Both the position numbers and the translations under genes were made by a program. Shown piece after piece: positions 1-9,750 of a stretch of 64,000 nt of DNA. Numbering within the stretch: position 1 is the first letter of the stretch; each line of letters begins with the position of its first letter. The stretch comes from an uncultured Poribacteria bacterium (GTDB taxonomy: Bacteria; Poribacteria; WGA-4E; PCPOR2b): contig OY282444.1 of NCBI GenBank assembly GCA_958296125.1, forward strand, positions 1,543,940 to 1,607,939, in the 5' to 3' direction. Below the pieces are notes generated by a model. That model worked only from the letters and a program-made list of their open reading frames with translations, did no database searches and was not told the origin of the DNA.

Positions 1-366
1 TTTGATATCGGGCCCTCCATCGGCGTGCCAATAAACTTGCCGGTGTGGACCTTGACTCTGGGAGATAGCCTTCAACGCATCTCCCAATCCGCAGGCTCCT
101 ACATGTACCTGCTTACAGTCCAGTAAGCGTTTAGCAATCTCAACGAGTTGTGGTTGCTCCACTATCTTGAGGATTGGCTCTCCTACCATAAGAAATTGAC
201 AGGCCAGCTTGTTGAGTCCATTGGGCCAATCTGTACTCGCCCACTTGTCCTCGTTTTCCACAGCGACCTGCTCAATTTCGCGCATGCGTTCTTCGCCAAA
301 GGGATTAGGCATAAAGAAAAATCCGTTTGTGTGAAAATGGTTCATCTGTGCCATGGTAAGCTTCAC
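1..366 (-). CDS. PhyH-family Fe(II)/2OG dioxygenase, 5' part (runs off the window edge)
   Basis: Not in the ORF track. My manual translation from GTG at 366 (after GAAGGGAG) gives MKLTMAQMNHFHTNGFFFMPNPF...IVEQPQLVEIAKRLL...VYWHADGGPDIK. This has the typical PhyH N-terminus (F..NGF) and a WHxD iron motif, and stays open to base 1. Confidence 0.8.
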   Translation of the reverse strand, partial: MKLTMAQMNHFHTNGFFFMPNPFGEERMREIEQVAVENEDKWASTDWPNGLNKLACQFLMVGEPILKIVEQPQLVEIAKRLLDCKQVHVGACGLGDALKAISQSQGPHRQVYWHADGGPDIK

Positions 367-416
367 AATCGTTTCATCTCCCTTCGCAAATTGCACTTTC
401 TATTTTATTCTCCTCA

Positions 417-1049
417 TTACGAGTAACAAATTTGAAGGCAATACAACCGAGCCTTTGATTCCACAAGGTCAGCATGATAGCCTTTGGGTAGCGCGAGTAC
501 GTTATTGTGACGGAGGTTCATGGATTGCTCAAACGAATGTACCTCACTGTAGATGCGTTGAGAGGCATGCCCTTCTGCGGGCGCGAAACGGTAGAAACAA
601 ATCGCTTCGCCAGAGATTGAGTGAATAGGCGTTTCACTGACCATCAACGCATGTTCGCCACGGTTGAAATCGTCGCCCGGTTCGAGGATGACAGCTGCCG
701 TTTCAAGAAAGGAGGGTGCTTTACAAACTGCGACCTCCGCAGGCTCGTCGTGCGCGAGAATTTCGTATGTCGTCCGATAAGGGACAGATGCACGATACGC
801 CTCGCCGCCAAAGACGTTTGCACGTTCACCGATGAGTCCATGGGCTTTATTCCCATTATGTCCAACAAGCAATTCACACTGACCCCCGAGTACAATCAGC
901 ATAACCTCGTTATCCCCGGTATCTTCAAAGAAAGATTCACCGACACCGAGGTTGAGGATGCCAAAATCGAGCCCCATTATTCCCATTTCGCCGCTTTCGA
1001 TAATTCGGATATATCCGTTATCTGGTTCGTATTTCTTGTATAGGTTCAT
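417..1049 (-). CDS. IolB/KduI-like (5-deoxyglucuronate isomerase family) protein, degenerate active site
   Basis: LDFGILNL, EVMLIVLGG, GERANVFGG, QRIYS and LPKGYH match IolB. It is short (210 aa) and lacks the WSSYPPHKHD block. Confidence 0.7.
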   Translation of the reverse strand: MNLYKKYEPDNGYIRIIESGEMGIMGLDFGILNLGVGESFFEDTGDNEVMLIVLGGQCELLVGHNGNKAHGLIGERANVFGGEAYRASVPYRTTYEILAHDEPAEVAVCKAPSFLETAAVILEPGDDFNRGEHALMVSETPIHSISGEAICFYRFAPAEGHASQRIYSEVHSFEQSMNLRHNNVLALPKGYHADLVESKARLYCLQICYS

Positions 1050-1273
1050 CTCTGATCTGCTCGTTTGCCCGATGGTTGATGTATCTTGGCCCGACGCTTC
1101 ACGCTGGAAATCTCGCTACGCTCGTTGCACCCGGGGGAATCAGATGGACCTGATTTGCTAGTTTGCATATCTTAATCGCATTATATCATCAAAGCAACTC
1201 GTTAGCGATCCAAAATAGAGCCGACTACCAATTCCCCATCTTTGACTCATGGGCAATCTCTAAGAATTGACAA

Positions 1274-1302
1274 TTGACAATTAGTAGGCGACTCGCTATA
1301 AT
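1274..1302 (+). promoter_or_regulatory. sigma70 promoter upstream of argJ
   Basis: Perfect consensus TTGACA-N17-TATAAT about 70 bp before the argJ start. Confidence 0.85.
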
Positions 1303-1370
1303 TGATTTACTAGTAGTTCGGGATGTGATAGAAGTAGAGAGGGAAATCGAACCTTATCCAATGGAGAACT

Positions 1371-2579
1371 GTGATGAAACAAATTGATGGCGGAATCACC
1401 GCAGTACCGGGTTTGAGAGCGACCGGTGTCCACGGAGGACTGAAGCCAAATAACGAAAAGGATGTTGCCCTGATAGTGACGGACGCACCGGCGGTCGCGG
1501 CAGGTGTCTTCACGAAAAATCGTGTTTGCGCCCCGGTCGTTTTGGTATGCCGTGAAAATCTCAGTGACAATACGGCTCAAGCGATTGTCGTCAACAGCAA
1601 GAATGCTAACGCATGTACGGGCGAAGTCGGAATGGCGAATGCACGACGGATGACCTCGCTGGTGGGGGAAGCACTCGGCATCGATCCAAGTTTCGTATTA
1701 GTGGCTTCAACGGGGGTTATTGGGCAGCAGTTGCCGATGGATAAAATTACTAACGGCATCCATCTCGCCGCACAGGCTTTAGAACCAGATGGTGGACATG
1801 ATGCCACCCTCGCAATCATGACAACGGATACTTTCCCCAAAGAGATTGCCGTAGAGTTTGAAATTGGGGGGAAAACGGTCAGGATTGGTGGTATGACGAA
1901 AGGGTCAGGGATGATTGCTCCGAATCTTGCCACGATGCTCGCTTTTCTGGCGACAGATGTGAATATCGCCAGTCAACCGCTACAGCAGGCGTTACGCGAG
2001 TCCGCTGCGAAGTCTTTCAATCGCATGACAGTCGATTCGGATAGCAGTACAAACGACACGGTGCTAATCATGGCAACGGGCACCGCAGGGAATCCGAAAA
2101 TCACCGAAACAGTTGACGATGATTATGAGGCGTTCCGTGAGGGACTGGACTTTGCCTGTATTGAGTTAGCAAAAAAGATAGCGCGAGATGGAGAGGGTGC
2201 AACGAAGCTGGTCACAGTGGTTGTGAAAGGCGCGAAGAACGAAGCGGAAGGGGAGATGGCAGCCCGTGCAATCGCGGAGTCGCCGCTTGTGAAGACCGCT
2301 GTTTTTGGGACGGATGCAAATTGGGGACGTATTATGATGGCGGTTGGGAAATCGGGAGCGGAATTCGACCCGTATCAAGTGGATGTCTGGCTCAGCGGCT
2401 ATCAGCTTGTCAAGGATGGGATGGACGCAGGGTTTGATGAGGATAAAGCAACGGCACTCTTTTCCAAGGATACCGTGACGATAACAGTCGATCTAAACGC
2501 CGGCGATGCGGCGGTCACCATGTGGACATGCGACTATTCTTACGATTATATTAAAATCAATGCGGACTACCGGACCTAA
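1371..2579 (+). CDS. argJ: Bifunctional ornithine acetyltransferase / N-acetylglutamate synthase
   Basis: Motifs NANACTG, ASTGVIG, IMTTDT, KGSGMIAPNLATML, DGEGATK and C-terminal YIKINADYRT. The start may be the ATG at 1374. Confidence 0.97.
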   Translation: MMKQIDGGITAVPGLRATGVHGGLKPNNEKDVALIVTDAPAVAAGVFTKNRVCAPVVLVCRENLSDNTAQAIVVNSKNANACTGEVGMANARRMTSLVGEALGIDPSFVLVASTGVIGQQLPMDKITNGIHLAAQALEPDGGHDATLAIMTTDTFPKEIAVEFEIGGKTVRIGGMTKGSGMIAPNLATMLAFLATDVNIASQPLQQALRESAAKSFNRMTVDSDSSTNDTVLIMATGTAGNPKITETVDDDYEAFREGLDFACIELAKKIARDGEGATKLVTVVVKGAKNEAEGEMAARAIAESPLVKTAVFGTDANWGRIMMAVGKSGAEFDPYQVDVWLSGYQLVKDGMDAGFDEDKATALFSKDTVTITVDLNAGDAAVTMWTCDYSYDYIKINADYRT

Positions 2580-2724
2580 TATCCGTCCTGCCCCCGTCGT
2601 CAGCGGGACTTACTGCTACAAATTGAAGATTGGCAAGTTCATCACTAAACGGAAAATTTTGGGGGCCACAGGGAATCGAGGGGGGTAACTAGTTGAGGCA
2701 GGATCATGCAACATGCAGCATGAT

Positions 2725-3387
2725 TTATGTGACCCCGTCGCGAACATAGTTGGGTGTCAGCGAGAAGTAATCACTAGATTGTCCATCGAGCAATCGGTCG
2801 TAACCAATTCGTGCGATGCTTGTACCGCGCGGCACGTTAAAAATCGGATCGGCGAGAGGCACATCATCGCCGAACCGCTCCAAAACAACGGGGGCGTATC
2901 GCTGCAAACCATCTCCAACAAAGATCACAGGGCCATCGATTTGATTCAAAAGTGACTCAATTGGCAGACAGAGATCATCAGACTGTCGCAGGAAATTTTG
3001 TCCCCCACGAAAAACTGCACCGTACACTTCATCTTTCCGCGCATCGAGGATTGGGCAGATTAATCTGTCTGTGTAGCGGAGGTTGTATGCAATTGCCTCC
3101 ACTGTTGAGACACCGATGATTGGTTTTTTGAGGGCGTAGCAGAGCGATTTAATAGTGCCCACCCCAATTCGGATGCCCGTAAATGACCCCGGGCCTATCC
3201 CAACAGCACATGCGTCGAGGTCATGTACAGTCAGATCCGCCCACTTTAAGATTTGGTCTATAGCGGGCATCAGTCTAGACGAATGGGCTTTCACAATGCT
3301 GAGTGTATGTTCAGCAACGAAATGCTCTCCATCAATCAAACCGACACTACCAATGGGAGTTGATGTATCGACACCAAGAATTTTCAT
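2725..3387 (-). CDS. tsaB: tRNA threonylcarbamoyladenosine biosynthesis protein TsaB
   Basis: MKILGVDTST, HSSRLMPAI, GPGSFTGIRIG, LDARKDEVY and PNYVR. Start set at MKIL; the ORF extends to 3417. Confidence 0.95.
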   Translation of the reverse strand: MKILGVDTSTPIGSVGLIDGEHFVAEHTLSIVKAHSSRLMPAIDQILKWADLTVHDLDACAVGIGPGSFTGIRIGVGTIKSLCYALKKPIIGVSTVEAIAYNLRYTDRLICPILDARKDEVYGAVFRGGQNFLRQSDDLCLPIESLLNQIDGPVIFVGDGLQRYAPVVLERFGDDVPLADPIFNVPRGTSIARIGYDRLLDGQSSDYFSLTPNYVRDGVT

Positions 3388-3400
3388 GCCCGGAGAACGA

Positions 3401-4393
3401 TTAGAATCCATTGTCAAACTCTACCAACAACTCGGGACTGTATAGGTCATCCTTTTCCTGAAGAACCGCGTCAGGTGTTACCGATTGTTGCACATCATCC
3501 GTAAGTATAACTGGGAAGATTATATCAAGTGCCTTTTGCAGATCACCTGCAAACGGTGTGTACGGAATTGAGAGGGCGCGCAATGCTTGTTCAAACCGTT
3601 TGTAGCCCTGTTCATCACGCAACTCAACCCAAAGAATATCCTGTGAGTCCAGTTCCTCCTTGTTTGACTCTGAGAGTTTATCAGCCACGAAAATGCGGTT
3701 AGCCCGAGCGATCGGGGCATCTACACTTTCAGGATTCCCCTTGCCCATGAGTTTCACTTCGCAGCGGTGTCTAGTGTCTCTGTCATCTAAAAGATAAAAA
3801 TCTACCTCGCGGTTTGAAGTGGGAAGACCGCTCTGATCAAAATATTTTCTTGGCACTCGAAAGAGCGCACAAAGTGTTGTCATCAGCGGTTTTTCGACCT
3901 GCTTACCCGCTGTGCTCCACAAGCCACCACGAAGTGCGGCGCGTTTAACAGCAATCGTATTTATGACAATTAAACTTTCATTCACATCGAGTTCAACACT
4001 CACGCCGCGGAACTTGATTGTGAGCAAAATATCAATATCACCTTCTGCCGTTAAACTTTCAATTGCATTATAAAGTGCTTCATAATGCTCAATGGAGGCT
4101 GCCAACACAATTTCGCGTTTTACCGAGTTATACATATTTTCGATAGTTTTCATGTTCAAGCCTGAATGGATGGCAATTTCTTCTTTAGGCAGATCGGAAT
4201 TCAATAACTCTTTTTTGTACCAATCAATTGTGACAGATTGATTCTCCAATTTTGCAGAAGCAACCCGTTTGAAGAAATCTATGACATACTGCAAGACTGC
4301 AGCATTAATCAACGCAACGATTTCAGCGCGATAATCTTGACCCGAAAGCAATTTGCGTATAATATTCTTAATCACAATGCCGGTGATAGTCAT
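3401..4393 (-). CDS. CfrBI-like type II restriction endonuclease (PD-(D/E)xK)
   Basis: RGGLWSTAGKQVEKPLM, REVDF...CEVKLMGKGNPES. It overlaps the end of a DNA methyltransferase gene. Confidence 0.8.
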   Translation of the reverse strand: MTITGIVIKNIIRKLLSGQDYRAEIVALINAAVLQYVIDFFKRVASAKLENQSVTIDWYKKELLNSDLPKEEIAIHSGLNMKTIENMYNSVKREIVLAASIEHYEALYNAIESLTAEGDIDILLTIKFRGVSVELDVNESLIVINTIAVKRAALRGGLWSTAGKQVEKPLMTTLCALFRVPRKYFDQSGLPTSNREVDFYLLDDRDTRHRCEVKLMGKGNPESVDAPIARANRIFVADKLSESNKEELDSQDILWVELRDEQGYKRFEQALRALSIPYTPFAGDLQKALDIIFPVILTDDVQQSVTPDAVLQEKDDLYSPELLVEFDNGF

Positions 4394-5789
4394 GACTTCC
4401 CTGTTCCATTTCCATCCGTGTTCTGAATGTATCTAACGATAGCTGCATGGGCTTTTTATGCAAAAGTAGTGACATTTCAGCAAGGCGAGACATTGCCCGT
4501 TGAACGTACTCCTTCTCTTTTTCGACGAGGAAGAAGAACCGTTCAAGCGACAAGGCGGCACTTCCAACCGTTCCAATTCCACCAAACGGATCAAATACTA
4601 AATCTCCTTTGAATGAGTAAAATTGGAGAACACGCTCAGCCAATTCAATCGGAAAGATTGCGGGATGAATTTTATCGTTGGCCGGGTTAATCTTCCAGAT
4701 ATTTGTTTTTTCGTAATCCCCTTTGACTTTGCTTGCCTCAATCGTTTCATTGTCATATTGTCTCATATTCCAGTCGATGAGTTTGTCGGTTTTCTTTCGA
4801 TAGACGATGACAGATTCTGAGACAGAATTTGCCTTGTATCCCAACGGTTTGCGATGCTGAAAGAATCCGCCATTTCGATTTTTTGCGCTCTGTTCGGGCT
4901 TGACCCAGATAATATCTTCGATAAACTCCCAACCCATTTGTGTCAATAGTGGATGAATATCAAAAGGAATAGCATACCGCTTGCTTGAATGAGACCGACT
5001 CATTCGTGGAATGATAACGGGTGAGGTGTTTAATACGAAAAAGCGTCCTTCTTTTGTGATGCGATGCACCGCCTTAAACACATCCACTAAAAACGCTAGG
5101 TAGTCATCATAGCTTGGGTAAATTGTGTAGTCACGGGCATTGTAATAGGGTGGGGAGGTGAAGGTTAGGTGGATAGATTCGTCAGGCACATGGTTCAACG
5201 TTTCGCGGACATCTCCGTGAACAAGCACGTTTTTCAGGGCATTGGGGCTTAACGGATGTGTTTTGTCCCTTGTCCCCTCCTTTTGATCGGTGCGTAGTTC
5301 TTTACAAATCGCGTCTTGAATCTCTGAATTTGGATGATCCGTCAATGGAAGTAAAGCGGATTGAACTTCTGGCAGCTTTTTGAAGTGAAGTAGCGCACGA
5401 ATTGCTTGCAGAACGACCTTGGGATCTCCATCATGCAGAAATTGAGAGAGGATGGGGATTGCTTTTTCGGTTCGCATTCGCCCAATCGTTGAGATTGCCT
5501 CGCGGCGAGTCAACGTATTATCTTCGCTGGTCGCCAATTCTGAAACAACATTAAACCACGATGGGTCGTTCAACTTTCCAAGATTCTTCACTGCGAGGAG
5601 GCGAATTTTGGGGTTCGGGTGCTGAAGTAACTGTGCCAGCAAACTACCATTGAAATCGGCCGGCAATCTACCCAAGTTTTCAAGAGTAATCAACAATGTT
5701 TGCTCATCATTTGTCGGTGCAAGAATTTTGGTAAAAAACAGGGCATCACTTGCTGATTTTTTCGTTTGGATTAGTTCTTTTGTTAGCAT
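4368..5789 (-). CDS. N4-C/N6-A DNA methyltransferase (beta class) with N-terminal HEAT repeats
   Basis: Catalytic TSPPYY precedes the SAM-binding DPFGGIGT. Residues ~30-165 are HEAT-like (IRLLAVKNLGKL, RREAISTIGRM, VVLQAIRAL). Confidence 0.9.
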   Translation of the reverse strand: MLTKELIQTKKSASDALFFTKILAPTNDEQTLLITLENLGRLPADFNGSLLAQLLQHPNPKIRLLAVKNLGKLNDPSWFNVVSELATSEDNTLTRREAISTIGRMRTEKAIPILSQFLHDGDPKVVLQAIRALLHFKKLPEVQSALLPLTDHPNSEIQDAICKELRTDQKEGTRDKTHPLSPNALKNVLVHGDVRETLNHVPDESIHLTFTSPPYYNARDYTIYPSYDDYLAFLVDVFKAVHRITKEGRFFVLNTSPVIIPRMSRSHSSKRYAIPFDIHPLLTQMGWEFIEDIIWVKPEQSAKNRNGGFFQHRKPLGYKANSVSESVIVYRKKTDKLIDWNMRQYDNETIEASKVKGDYEKTNIWKINPANDKIHPAIFPIELAERVLQFYSFKGDLVFDPFGGIGTVGSAALSLERFFFLVEKEKEYVQRAMSRLAEMSLLLHKKPMQLSLDTFRTRMEMEQGSHDYHRHCD

Positions 5790-5925
5790 TGTCGACTACC
5801 CAACCCTAAAGAAAGATTTGAGCTCGTCACCTACGCCAATAGGACCGAAACTCTACTACAAAAACCAAATCAATTATACCATATTTTACCTGCAAAATCG
5901 CCAAAAAACCTAAGGCGTGGGGATT

Positions 5926-6549
5926 CTATACTTGAAAGTTAATCATCGAATGGCTCTCAAGTTGTTTCCAAAGCTGCGCGGTCAAGCTCGCTAACGGAAG
6001 CCCCACCACGTTGAAGTAGCAGCCCTCGATTCGCTCGACGAAAGCCCCAGCTTTGCCTTGTATCCCGTAAGCACCCGCCTTATCGGATGATTCGCCGCTG
6101 CGGACATACGCCAAGATTTCCGATTGACGCAATTTTCTAAAATAGACCGCTGTTTTTTCTGCCCACCCCACTTCGTTTTTCCGTTTGACATCGACTAATG
6201 CAACACCGGTGATTACTTCATGTCGGTTTCCGCTGAGGCGCGTTAAAATTTCGATGGCGTGTGTATCGTTCTCCGGTTTACCGATTGGCTGCCCATCAAT
6301 GACAACAATGGTATCTGCGCCGATAACTAGGCCCACATCGAGCTTCACAGCGACCGTTCTCGCCTTTGTCAGAGCGAGCTCCTTGACAGCTATTACCGGA
6401 GATATACGTATAATCTTTGGCTCCTCTACTTCACTAGGGCACACCTCAAATTCAAGCCCAATCTGCTTGAGCAAATCCGCGCGGCGTGGCGATTTTGAGG
6501 CGAGGACAATATTGGGAAGGGCGTTGTACAACTGGGGGCTTTCAATCAT
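5926..6549 (-). CDS. maf: Maf-family nucleoside triphosphate pyrophosphatase
   Basis: LASKSPRR, IGADTIV, GKP, DKAGAYGIQG and NVVGLPL. Confidence 0.95.
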   Translation of the reverse strand: MIESPQLYNALPNIVLASKSPRRADLLKQIGLEFEVCPSEVEEPKIIRISPVIAVKELALTKARTVAVKLDVGLVIGADTIVVIDGQPIGKPENDTHAIEILTRLSGNRHEVITGVALVDVKRKNEVGWAEKTAVYFRKLRQSEILAYVRSGESSDKAGAYGIQGKAGAFVERIEGCYFNVVGLPLASLTAQLWKQLESHSMINFQV

Positions 6550-6851
6550 TTAAGTTGAAACCACCGAGTATTGCATTCGGTCTGTATCCGTAGCAATCCG
6601 GCCTCCATCAATTCCGTAAATCCCTTCTGAATTTCCCATGGGGATAAACTAATCTGTTGAAGCCGTTTATCTAACCGAGGTGCTCGGAACCAGCCATCCT
6701 TCGTTGGGGATTGGTAGGTATCTCTAAAAACCTCTAGCGCACCATACAAACGAAAGGCTGTTGAAGAAAGCCTCACTAAAGGGTTGACTGCACCGTAGCA
6801 AGATGATACTGCTTGTGTCAGAGGCATCGTTCTCTCCTGGCGTAAAATCAA
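6546..6851 (-). CDS. Small hypothetical protein, probable winged-helix domain
   Basis: ATGA overlap with maf indicates translational coupling. LSSTAFRLYGAL...LSPWEIQKGFTELMEAGLLRI resembles a wHTH. Confidence 0.55.
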   Translation of the reverse strand: MILRQERTMPLTQAVSSCYGAVNPLVRLSSTAFRLYGALEVFRDTYQSPTKDGWFRAPRLDKRLQQISLSPWEIQKGFTELMEAGLLRIQTECNTRWFQLK

Positions 6852-7157
6852 TGTTCGGCCAACCTTTGTAAGCTACTAATACCGGTTGGCACGGTGCGAG
6901 CTCACAAAAAGTTCTCAATAATATAATACGTTCAACCAGAGAAAACCGTTTCAAAAATAGGTATGTGGGGCTTTACCCATTCCAATATCTGCCTTCAACT
7001 GTTGTAATCTCCGCCTGTGTTTAATCAATGGTTAAAAAAGAATCAACCGCAAAATCGCTGAACGATAAATATACCAATGGGGCTACAGACTTCTCCGCCC
7101 CTCCAAGTGTTGCAAATCATTGGCGTTGATGCAAAGCGGTCTCTATTTCGACGACAC

Positions 7158-8063
7158 CTAGCCATTTTCGACACGAACTGTGCCATCTCCGTCCACCGTC
7201 AGCTTGGTGGTTTGGAGCGATGAGCAAGGTCCATACATAACGGCGCGCTGCGCTTCTGTCATGCCCTCCACGAGTTCCTCCTCCCAATAGATTTCCGGGG
7301 GTGCGATTTCCCTTGCTACCCCTGCACGCACGGATGTCCGATCAGCATATTTGAAGAGCACCGATCGTCGGTGATGTTCACCACGCCAAGGGAAGGTGCC
7401 GTGCGTCTGGGCACCGTCCATGAAGAAAATTACGTCCCCCGCCTTCATCTCCGGTTGGATGACCACGCCCATATCATCGTCGCAGGTTTGCACACCGTGA
7501 GGCATGGGAAATCTAGATTTATGGCTGCCGGGTACGCAGGAGAATCCGCCCTCGCCTGCGTTGATGTCAGATAGTTGCCAAGTAACAGTCACCCCGCTGC
7601 AGTGCATCTTGTTGCTCTGGTGATGATAGGCAACGAAGGGCCTGTGCGGTTCACCTTGCCCGTGCATGATCAGCCCTTCGGTACCTTTCACACTGTCGGT
7701 CACCCAGGGCCCGTGATCGAATCGGAAGCCTGCCCCACACATCACACTGAGGCGCATGATGACCTGCGGGTGCACCAACATCTTACGGAACGGCTCACAA
7801 TACGGTGCTGCCAGTTCAAGTAGACCGTGGAGGGCACGTTGTCCAGTGCCTCGCAGTGTCTGAGAATCTCGAGCACCCTCATTGGGTTTACCAACGTGAA
7901 TTTGGTCGGCATGGTGGTCAATAGCTTCGTTGGCTGCCGCGATTTCATCGACTGTCAGTATGTCTCTGAGGATAAGGTATCCAGTAAGGTCCCAGAAGTA
8001 GCGTTCACGTTTGTCCATTTTGCACATCTCCATTTCGCAGGTTATACCGATTCTGATTGCCAA
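7158..8063 (-). CDS. PhyH-family dioxygenase (non-canonical HGQ motif)
   Basis: YFWDLTGYLILR, GGFSCVPGSHKS, KAGDVIFF, THGT. The true start is probably one of the downstream ATGs (MEMCKMDK). Confidence 0.9.
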   Translation of the reverse strand: MAIRIGITCEMEMCKMDKRERYFWDLTGYLILRDILTVDEIAAANEAIDHHADQIHVGKPNEGARDSQTLRGTGQRALHGLLELAAPYCEPFRKMLVHPQVIMRLSVMCGAGFRFDHGPWVTDSVKGTEGLIMHGQGEPHRPFVAYHHQSNKMHCSGVTVTWQLSDINAGEGGFSCVPGSHKSRFPMPHGVQTCDDDMGVVIQPEMKAGDVIFFMDGAQTHGTFPWRGEHHRRSVLFKYADRTSVRAGVAREIAPPEIYWEEELVEGMTEAQRAVMYGPCSSLQTTKLTVDGDGTVRVENG

Positions 8064-8129
8064 TACCCCATAAGCCTCCGCTCTATTCGCTGCGCTCTAG
8101 GGCAGGTGGCAGCTAATGTTGGTCAGATT

Positions 8130-9008
8130 TCATTCCGCAATCCAAGTTTTCTTTCCATCGGATTCAAGTAAGGGGAGTTTCCCCCCCGTGTGAACGCCTG
8201 GTCCGTAAAGGGCAGCATGTTGTTCGGGCGAGAGAGTTTTCGTCCACTCGCCGAAGCGGGCTTCAGGTGCAAAGAATCTGCCCACCGAACGGGCGACACC
8301 GCGGGAAGCGTATTTGTAAAGGATGGAACGCCGTTCACCCTTTCCCTTCCAAGGAAGCGTGCCATGGGTGGCAGTCTCTGCAAAGAAGAGGACATCACCT
8401 GCCTTCATCGCCGGCTGCACGGTTAGCCCCATGTCGTCTTCCACAGTCCGGACACTTTTGGGTGTCGGTTCACAGGCTTTGTGGCTGCCGGGAACAACCG
8501 CAAATCCGCCATCACCTTCGTTAACATCGGTGAGTTGCCATGCCACAGTGATGCCTCGACAGTAGATAACTCCGTTCTGTTGATGATACCAAACAGCCGG
8601 GCTGAAAGGTTCTCCCGCTCCGTGCAACTGGTGCCCTTCCGTTCCAGCCATTGCGCCAATCATCAATGGTCCGTGGTCAAGACGGAATCCTTTTCCACAC
8701 ATCGCGTTCAGGCGAGAAACAACCACCGGATGGACTAGGAGTTCGCGAAACGGTTCGCGATAGGGCTTCTCCCATCCCAACATCCCCGTCATTTCCAGCC
8801 GCCCTGTTTGTCCCTGAAGTGTTGATGACCCGCGAGCCAGCCCACCGTCGTCAACCGAACGGGCACGGATTTTGTCGGCATAGTGATTAATAGCTGCATT
8901 ACATTCGTCAATATCTTCTGGTGTCAACGCACCGCGAACGACAAGGTAGCCCGTGAGGTCAAAAAAATACTTTTCTTCCTCGGACATGACATATTTATTG
9001 TTGTCCAT
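8130..9008 (-). CDS. PhyH-family dioxygenase (non-canonical HGA motif), tandem paralogue of 7158..8063
   Basis: YFFDLTGYLVVR, GGFAVVPGSHK, KAGDVLFF, THGTLPW. RBS AGGAG upstream. Confidence 0.92.
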   Translation of the reverse strand: MDNNKYVMSEEEKYFFDLTGYLVVRGALTPEDIDECNAAINHYADKIRARSVDDGGLARGSSTLQGQTGRLEMTGMLGWEKPYREPFRELLVHPVVVSRLNAMCGKGFRLDHGPLMIGAMAGTEGHQLHGAGEPFSPAVWYHQQNGVIYCRGITVAWQLTDVNEGDGGFAVVPGSHKACEPTPKSVRTVEDDMGLTVQPAMKAGDVLFFAETATHGTLPWKGKGERRSILYKYASRGVARSVGRFFAPEARFGEWTKTLSPEQHAALYGPGVHTGGKLPLLESDGKKTWIAE

Positions 9009-9123
9009 GGAATTTTCTCCTAGGTCTCTAGCTATAAGTGAAATTCCGAGTCATTGGGGGATCAAAACCGCGGTCAGATAAACTCTGAGCGTTGTATTGG
9101 TCGGCAAATGGAAGTCGGAGTAA

Positions 9124-9750
9124 TTACAAATTTTCAATATGCTCAATGAGAAGTGTCGCCAGCGTTTCAATCTGCTCCTCACCCGAAACGACCATATCTG
9201 CAAACACCTTACTTGGCTCAACCCAAGCGAAGTGCATAGGGCGAGTCGTCGCGTAATACTGCTGGATGCATGAATCCACCGTGCGTCCACGTTCCTGAAC
9301 ATCGCGTACCAACCGACGGATAAAACGGATATCGGCGGGCACGTCAACGAATACCTTCAGATTAAGCAGTGACCGGATAGGGTCAAGTGCGAGCAACAGA
9401 ATTCCCTCAATCAGCACAACCGCCTTGGGCTGAAGCGTGAGGGTTTCAGGGCGACGAGTATGCGTTGTGAAGTCGTAGCTGGGCACCTCAACGGCTTTCC
9501 CACATCTGAGTTGGTGTATCTGTTGGATCAATAATTGGACCTCCAACGCGTCAGGATGATCGAAGTTCACTCCTGCTCGCTCTTCAAGGGAAAGGTGACT
9601 GAGATCTTTGTAATAGGAGTCAAGGCGCAATACGGTGGATCTATCGTCTCCCAGTCGTTTATGAATTGCTGCGGCGAGCGTTGTCTTACCAGATCCACTT
9701 CCCCCCGACACCCCAATGAGGGTGGGGGTCAATCGAATTGAGGTATCCAT
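9124..9750 (-). CDS. udk: Uridine kinase
   Basis: IGVSGGSGSGKTT, DSYYK, NFDHPDA, IRRLVRDVQERGR and EPSK. Confidence 0.95.
   Translation of the reverse strand: MDTSIRLTPTLIGVSGGSGSGKTTLAAAIHKRLGDDRSTVLRLDSYYKDLSHLSLEERAGVNFDHPDALEVQLLIQQIHQLRCGKAVEVPSYDFTTHTRRPETLTLQPKAVVLIEGILLLALDPIRSLLNLKVFVDVPADIRFIRRLVRDVQERGRTVDSCIQQYYATTRPMHFAWVEPSKVFADMVVSGEEQIETLATLLIEHIENL

Noticed and set aside
148..628. Plus-strand ORFs 148..426 and 353..628
   Set aside because: They are shadow ORFs antisense to the PhyH and IolB-like genes.
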